Shown one piece after another: positions 27,166-32,000 of a stretch of 32,000 bases of DNA (position 1 is its first letter; each line of letters opens with the position of its first letter). Origin of the DNA: Bacilli bacterium. GTDB taxonomy: Bacteria > Bacillota_I > Bacilli_A > RF39 > UBA660. The DNA is taken from assembly GCA_900771805.1 (NCBI GenBank), contig CAAGPL010000002.1:1-32000 (forward strand). Reading direction: 5' to 3'. The notes below the pieces were generated by a model. The model worked only from the letters and a program-made list of their open reading frames with translations. It did no database searches and was not told where the DNA came from. Position numbers and translations under genes: made by a program.

Positions 27166-27260
27166 AGGTGCTATAAAAGCATCTTTTTATTTACATATAA
27201 TATAAAAAGAACTTTTAATAAATTAATAGATGAATTATAATATAAGTAAGAGAGGCTAGT

Positions 27261-28340
27261 ATGAAAACGGATTTTGAAATAAAAAAAATACAGGAAAAAT
27301 TAACAGAATTACTTAATTTAGGTGTTATTAAAAATTATGATGACTTAAAAAAATTAAAAGATATATATATTAAAGATGATAAAAGTTGTGAAGATATAAT
27401 AAAAGAAATAGATAATTTAAAGTTTGATAAAGAAAAGTTAAATGAATTACTTATGAAAAATGAAAAAATAGGTGATATAAATATAAGTGAATTGGATGTA
27501 AAAAAGAAAGAAGAATGTAAACTTTCGTTAGAAAATATAACCGATTTTGAAAAAGATGGAAAACAATATATAAAAATTCATTATCCCTATCCAAACGATA
27601 ATGTTAGAATAATTGAAAACAGAAGTGATCCTTATCAAACTGGAAAAGAAAGGTTTGAGGAATTAAAAGAAAGGTTTGCAAAATCAACTTTGGATGGTAT
27701 TGAAAATGCAACTTCTATATTTGAACAAAGTTTATCAAAAGATTGTATAGAATTAAATATAAAAGATATTAAAGAAGTATCATCAAAATATGAGTTTGAT
27801 AAATTAACTAAAGAAGAGCAACAAATTGTTTATGGCACGTTAAAAGCAATTATATTAACTCTTCCCGTTAGTGAGGAAGAAAAAAGAATTTTAACTAGTA
27901 AATCAGTTGATACAATTTTAGATAATTTGCAAAAGAAAGTATGTATTTCTCCTGCTGATAATATTGTTGTTATCTCTCAAATTAATGAAACGACTAAAGA
28001 TGAAATAAAAAGTTTGAATGTACAAAAAAGAGCCAATATAAATGGTGAAATAGTATATGATTACTATTTAAAACCATTAAATGAAACTGGGTATAATTAT
28101 GAAAAGAGTAATGTAGAAGAAGACCAAGTGCAAGAAAGTATTGAAAATAATAATGAGTATGAAAAACAAAATATTGATGATTTAGATAAAGAAGTTGGCT
28201 CATCTTTGACTTATAAAGCTCCTTGGCAAAAAAGAAAAAGAAATAATGCAGCGTTTATAAGTATTTTATGGTTTGTTATGTTTCTCGGAATGATTTTGTC
28301 CGTTTTGCTAGTAACATTAGTTAAAGTATATATAAGTTAA
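27261..28340 (+). CDS. Hypothetical acidic protein with a single C-terminal TM anchor (359 aa)
   Basis: Long ORF with a GAGAGG RBS. A C-terminal hydrophobic helix (AAFISILWFVMFLGMILSVLLVTLV) follows a KRKRNN stop-transfer-like patch. Confidence 0.6.
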   Translation: MKTDFEIKKIQEKLTELLNLGVIKNYDDLKKLKDIYIKDDKSCEDIIKEIDNLKFDKEKLNELLMKNEKIGDINISELDVKKKEECKLSLENITDFEKDGKQYIKIHYPYPNDNVRIIENRSDPYQTGKERFEELKERFAKSTLDGIENATSIFEQSLSKDCIELNIKDIKEVSSKYEFDKLTKEEQQIVYGTLKAIILTLPVSEEEKRILTSKSVDTILDNLQKKVCISPADNIVVISQINETTKDEIKSLNVQKRANINGEIVYDYYLKPLNETGYNYEKSNVEEDQVQESIENNNEYEKQNIDDLDKEVGSSLTYKAPWQKRKRNNAAFISILWFVMFLGMILSVLLVTLVKVYIS

Positions 28341-28412
28341 AATGGGTTTTCTATTTTTTCTTTTTCTTTTTTATGATAAGTGTTATAATAAATATTCGAA
28401 AGAGGTGGTACA

Positions 28413-29510
28413 ATGTCACTTACAGCAGGTATAGTAGGATTACCTAACGTTGGTAAATCTACTTTATTTAATGCAATTACAAAGAAAAATATTTTAGCAG
28501 CTAATTATCCATTTGCAACTATAGAACCAAATGTTGGTATGGTAACCGTACCAGATGAAAGATTGGATTTTTTAAATGAGTTAATAGAACCTAAAAGCTT
28601 AGTTCCAACGACATTTGAATTTACAGATATAGCAGGGTTAGTTAAAGGAGCTTCCAAAGGAGAAGGTCTTGGAAATAAGTTTTTATCACACATAAGAGAT
28701 GTAGACGCAATAGTAGAAGTTGTAAGATGCTTTGATGATTCAAACATAACTCACGTAGAAGGTGGTGCAAATCCTCTTCGTGATACTGAAATAATTGATG
28801 TTGAATTTATTTTCTGTGATTTAGAAGTTGTTGATACAAGATTAGGAAAAATAGAAAAAAAAGCAGTATCAACAAAGGATAAAGATGCTTTAAAAGAAGT
28901 AGAACTTTTAAAAAGAATAAAAGAGGCATTAGAAAATAATATTCCAGCTAGAAAACTAGAATATACTGAAGATGATTTAAAAGTTTTAAAAGCCTTTAAT
29001 TTACTTACTATGAAACCTATTATTTATGTTGCAAATATAAAAGAAGATGAAATAGGAAAAGAAAATAGCTATGTAAAAGATTTAAAAGAGCATGCTAAAA
29101 AAGATAATGCTGAGGTAATTGTTTTATGCGCAAAGATAGAAGAAGAGTTAAGTGGTTTTGAAGATGAAGAAAAAAAAGTGTTTTTAAATGATTTAGGAAT
29201 AGAAGAAAGTGGTCTTGATAAATTAATTAGAGCATCTTATCATTTATTAGGACTTCAAACATATTTTACTGCTGGACCTAAAGAAGTTAGAGCCTGGACT
29301 TTTAAAAAAGGTATGAAGGCCCCTGCTTGTGCAGGAATTATCCACAGTGATTTTGAAAAAGGCTTTATAAGAGCTGAGGTAATATCTTTTGATGATTATA
29401 AAAAGTATAATGGTGAAAAAGGCGCAAAAGAAGCAGGTAAACTAAGGAGTGAAGGAAAAGAATACGTTATGCAAGATGGAGATGTTTGCTTGTTTAGGTT
29501 TAATAACTAA
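28413..29510 (+). CDS. ychF: Ribosome-binding ATPase YchF
   Basis: G1 GLPNVGKSTLFNA, G3 DIAGLVKGAS and the C-terminal TGS-like YchF domain (AWTFKKG...GIIHSDFEKGFIRAEV). Confidence 0.95.
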   Translation: MSLTAGIVGLPNVGKSTLFNAITKKNILAANYPFATIEPNVGMVTVPDERLDFLNELIEPKSLVPTTFEFTDIAGLVKGASKGEGLGNKFLSHIRDVDAIVEVVRCFDDSNITHVEGGANPLRDTEIIDVEFIFCDLEVVDTRLGKIEKKAVSTKDKDALKEVELLKRIKEALENNIPARKLEYTEDDLKVLKAFNLLTMKPIIYVANIKEDEIGKENSYVKDLKEHAKKDNAEVIVLCAKIEEELSGFEDEEKKVFLNDLGIEESGLDKLIRASYHLLGLQTYFTAGPKEVRAWTFKKGMKAPACAGIIHSDFEKGFIRAEVISFDDYKKYNGEKGAKEAGKLRSEGKEYVMQDGDVCLFRFNN

Positions 29511-29530
29511 AATAGATGAATATAATTTAT

Positions 29531-29560
29531 AAAAGAAGGTTTACAATAATCTTCTTTTTT
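29531..29560 (+). terminator. Rho-independent terminator after ychF
   Basis: Stem aaaagaag/cttctttt with a 12-nt loop and a T tail. Confidence 0.55.
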
Positions 29561-29568
29561 GTTATAAT
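29541..29568 (+). promoter_or_regulatory. Promoter candidate for the rpsF operon (TTACAA, spacer, TGtTATAAT extended -10)
   Basis: Hexamers read at 29541-29546 and 29563-29568, with TG at 29560-29561. Confidence 0.5.
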
Positions 29569-29570
29569 AC

Positions 29571-29649
29571 AAGGCGAGTAATGAAATTACTCTCTTGTCT
29601 TTCACAAAGAGATGAAAGACCGATAAGACCAAAAGAGGAGGAAAATAAA
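29571..29649 (+). ncRNA. Structured 5' leader of rpsF (candidate S6:S18-binding autoregulatory leader)
   Basis: Two hairpins: gagtaat-gaa-attactc (29576-29592) and gtctttca-N8-tgaaagac (29597-29620). They lie between the promoter and the GAGGAGG RBS. Confidence 0.45.
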
Positions 29650-29934
29650 ATGAAATACGAAATTATGTTCATCGTTAAACCTAATCTTGAAGAAAATAAA
29701 GTAAAGGAAGTAGCTAAAAGTTTTGAAAAAGTTTTAACAGATAACAAAGCTACTGTTACATCTTCAAAAGATTTAGGTCAAAAAGAATTAGCATATGAAG
29801 TAAAAGGTTTTAAAACTGGTTATTACTTTCTAGTTAATGTTACAGCAGAAGATATTAAGGCAATCAATGAATTTGATCGTTTAGCATTAATAAGTGAAGA
29901 TGTTATTCGTCATTTAATCGTAAAAGAAGATTAA
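29650..29934 (+). CDS. rpsF: 30S ribosomal protein S6
   Basis: MKYEIMFIVKPNLEE... with a GAGGAGG RBS. The track ORF start at 29581 is an upstream extension across the leader. Confidence 0.93.
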   Translation: MKYEIMFIVKPNLEENKVKEVAKSFEKVLTDNKATVTSSKDLGQKELAYEVKGFKTGYYFLVNVTAEDIKAINEFDRLALISEDVIRHLIVKED

Positions 29935-29954
29935 TAGAAAGTTGAGGAAACAAA

Positions 29955-30425
29955 ATGAATAAGGCATTTTTAATTGGAAGATTAACAAGGGATCCAGAGT
30001 TAAGATATTCATCAAGTAATGCAGCAATTGTAAATTTTTCTATTGCAATAGATAGACAATATACTAATAGTCAAGGGCAAAGAGAAACAGATTTTATTAA
30101 TGTAGTAGCTTTTCAAAAACAAGCTGAAAATATAAAAAAATATTGTTTTAAAGGTTCTTTAGTTGCAATTGATGGAAGAATTCAAACGCGTAATTATGAT
30201 GATAAAGATGGAAAACGTGTTTATGTGACTGAAGTGGTTGCAGACCGCGTACAATTCCTTGGTGCTAAACAATCAGCATCAGAAACAAATGTTGATACAA
30301 ATAAAGATGAAGTTTCACCATCAGATTTTCAAGATATAAAACCAAATGAAACTAATGTTTCAGATGATGTTTTTGCAGATTTTGGAAGTAGTATAGAAAT
30401 TAGTGATGATGATATTGCATTTTAA
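29955..30425 (+). CDS. ssb: Single-stranded DNA-binding protein
   Basis: MNKAFLIGRLTRDPELRY OB-fold start and an acidic C-terminal tip, DDDIAF. Confidence 0.95.
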   Translation: MNKAFLIGRLTRDPELRYSSSNAAIVNFSIAIDRQYTNSQGQRETDFINVVAFQKQAENIKKYCFKGSLVAIDGRIQTRNYDDKDGKRVYVTEVVADRVQFLGAKQSASETNVDTNKDEVSPSDFQDIKPNETNVSDDVFADFGSSIEISDDDIAF

Positions 30426-30447
30426 TTAAATTAAGGAGGAACATATA

Positions 30448-30663
30448 ATGGCAGAGTTTTTTAGAAAGAAAAAGAAAATATGTCAAATGTGTGCTGGAAA
30501 AAGTGTAGATTATAAAGATCCTGAAATATTAAGAAAATATATAAACGAAAAGGGTAAGATTTTACCAAGAAGAGTAACAGGAGCTTGTTCTAAACACCAA
30601 AGACATATTGCTAAACAAGTTAAAAGAGCTAGAATGATAGCATTATTACCATTCTCTAAATAA
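30448..30663 (+). CDS. rpsR: 30S ribosomal protein S18
   Basis: [43 protein letters not shown]. Confidence 0.95.
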   Translation: MAEFFRKKKKICQMCAGKSVDYKDPEILRKYINEKGKILPRRVTGACSKHQRHIAKQVKRARMIALLPFSK

Positions 30664-30664
30664 T

Positions 30665-30700
30665 AAAGAAAGTTCAAGAGTTTTGAACTTTCTTTTCTTT
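30665..30700 (+). terminator. Strong Rho-independent terminator of the rpsF-ssb-rpsR operon
   Basis: Perfect 13-bp stem aaagaaagttcaa/ttgaactttcttt with a 5-nt loop and a T-rich tail. Confidence 0.85.
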
Positions 30701-30760
30701 AGAAAAAAATTATGTTATAATACTTATACAATTATTTATTAGAAAGAAGGTTTATCTAAT

Positions 30761-31201
30761 ATGAAAGTTATATTTATAAAAGATGTTAAAGGACAAGGAA
30801 AAGCTGGAGATATAAAAGAAGTTAAAGATGGTTATGGACAAAATTTTTTAATAAGAAATGGTTATGCGGTTTCATATTCAAAAAGAAGTAAAGAAATACT
30901 TGATATAAATAACAAAAACAAGGAACAAGAAGAAGCTAATTTAATTAAAGAATGTAATAAAATAAAAGATGAACTAAAAAATAAAGTTATAAAATTTAAA
31001 GTAAAAACTGGTAATCAAGATCAAGTGTTTGGTGTTATATCTAGTAAACAAATAGCAAGTGAACTTGATAAATTAGGATATAAAATTGATAAGAAAAAAA
31101 TAATTTTAGATGAACCAATTAATACATTAGGACATCATATTGTAATTATTAATTTACATAAAAAAGTACAAGCAAAAATAACAGTTGAATTAATTAAGTA
31201 A
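30761..31201 (+). CDS. rplI: 50S ribosomal protein L9
   Basis: [31 protein letters not shown] is the conserved L9 N-domain. Confidence 0.93.
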   Translation: MKVIFIKDVKGQGKAGDIKEVKDGYGQNFLIRNGYAVSYSKRSKEILDINNKNKEQEEANLIKECNKIKDELKNKVIKFKVKTGNQDQVFGVISSKQIASELDKLGYKIDKKKIILDEPINTLGHHIVIINLHKKVQAKITVELIK

Positions 31202-31218
31202 TAAAAGGATGTGATAAA

Positions 31219-32000
31219 ATGGCAGAAAGAAATATACCAAATAGTATTGAAGCAGAAAAGGCAGTATTAGGTTCTGCTTTTTTATCAAAAGTTGCATTAC
31301 AAAAGATTTGTGATGAATTATCTCCTGAAAGTTTTTATAGTGAAGCTAATGCAAAGATTTTTGAAGTAATTAGTGAATTGAATAATGAATCAATTCCACT
31401 TGATGTTGCTATTTTAACTAATAAATTATCTGAAAAGAAAATATTAACTCAAGTTGGAAATGTAGAATACTTATCTGAAATAATAGATTCTGTACCTAGT
31501 GTTTCTAATGTTGAGTATTATATTAACATTGTAAAAGAAAAGATGATTGGAAGAAAAATCATAGAAACGGCATCAGAAATTGCTAATGATGCTTATACTT
31601 CTAGTGATTCAATATACGATGTTTTAGATAGTGCTGAGATGAAAATGCTTAGAATAGGTAATATGAGAAAAACTACTGAGTTTCAAAGTATTAAAGATGT
31701 TGCGTATAGGGAGCAGGCTAATTTGGAAAAATTAGCAGAACAAGGTTCTGATATAACGGGTCTTGCAACTGGTTTTAATGATTTTGATAAATTAACAGCT
31801 GGATTGCAACCTAATCAGTTTATAATTATTGCAGCACGTCCTGCTATGGGTAAGACAGCTTTTGCTCTTAATTTAGCAACTTATGCAGCAATGAATAATA
31901 AAAAATCAGTTGCAGTATTTAACCTAGAAATGAGTGCTGAGCAACTTGCAAATCGTATCTTACAATCATTAGGACAAATATCAGGTATTAAAATGCGTAC
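31219..32000 (+). CDS. dnaB: Replicative DNA helicase (5' partial, runs off the window)
   Basis: MAERNIPNSIEAEKAVLGSAFL N-terminus and Walker A AARPAMGKTAFALN. The frame is open to the window end. It is absent from the ORF track because there is no stop in the window. Confidence 0.9.
   Translation, partial: MAERNIPNSIEAEKAVLGSAFLSKVALQKICDELSPESFYSEANAKIFEVISELNNESIPLDVAILTNKLSEKKILTQVGNVEYLSEIIDSVPSVSNVEYYINIVKEKMIGRKIIETASEIANDAYTSSDSIYDVLDSAEMKMLRIGNMRKTTEFQSIKDVAYREQANLEKLAEQGSDITGLATGFNDFDKLTAGLQPNQFIIIAARPAMGKTAFALNLATYAAMNNKKSVAVFNLEMSAEQLANRILQSLGQISGIKMR

Noticed and set aside
29581-29649. N-terminal 23-aa extension of rpsF in the ORF track (MKLLSCLSQRDERPIRPKEEENK)
   Set aside because: The canonical S6 N-terminus (MKYEIMFIV) starts at 29650 with a consensus GAGGAGG RBS. 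The extension runs across the structured leader.
1-32000. CRISPR arrays, tRNA/rRNA genes, transposases or integrases; alternative genetic code 4
   Set aside because: I saw no spaced repeat arrays, no GC-rich cloverleaf-like segments and no recombinase-like ORFs. RF2 is present and several conserved genes end in TGA (for example the radical SAM gene and the amidohydrolase), which rules out UGA=Trp.

Overview
This is a very AT-rich (roughly 27-30% GC by eye) chromosomal segment from a low-GC Firmicute (Clostridia- or Erysipelotrichia-like). It uses the standard genetic code: RF2 is present and TGA acts as a stop. About 40 genes are packed almost entirely on the + strand. The conserved backbone reads prfB (with its programmed +1 frameshift), yitT-like, ftsE-ftsX-M23 peptidase, uvrB, uvrA, DUF360/yvlD-like, lgt, trxB-like, whiA, parA-parB, mscS-like, DUF951, AbgT-like transporter, ychF, rpsF-ssb-rpsR, rplI and the 5' part of dnaB. 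That order is typical of an origin-proximal region. Three accessory insertions interrupt it. (1) Positions 1-4580, upstream of prfB, carry a cassette-like island. It holds two ~85-bp direct repeats that each look like the last 14 codons plus terminator of a SEC-C/secA-type gene, an orphan 234-aa protein, two GNAT genes, a truncated ASCH-like ORF, and a WYL-domain regulator paired with a 424-aa protein of unknown function. (2) An XRE regulator and a membrane protein are wedged between uvrB and uvrA. (3) The most interesting region, 16.1-19.6 kb between uvrA and yvlD/lgt, holds an ArpU-like regulator followed by a translationally coupled operon. The operon encodes a GNAT, a radical SAM/SPASM enzyme, a 59-aa peptide with six cysteines and an amidohydrolase-fold protein. 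It looks like a RiPP (ranthipeptide/SCIFF-like) cluster with an uncommon tailoring set and no protease or exporter. All functional calls come from motif recognition by eye; no database search was run.
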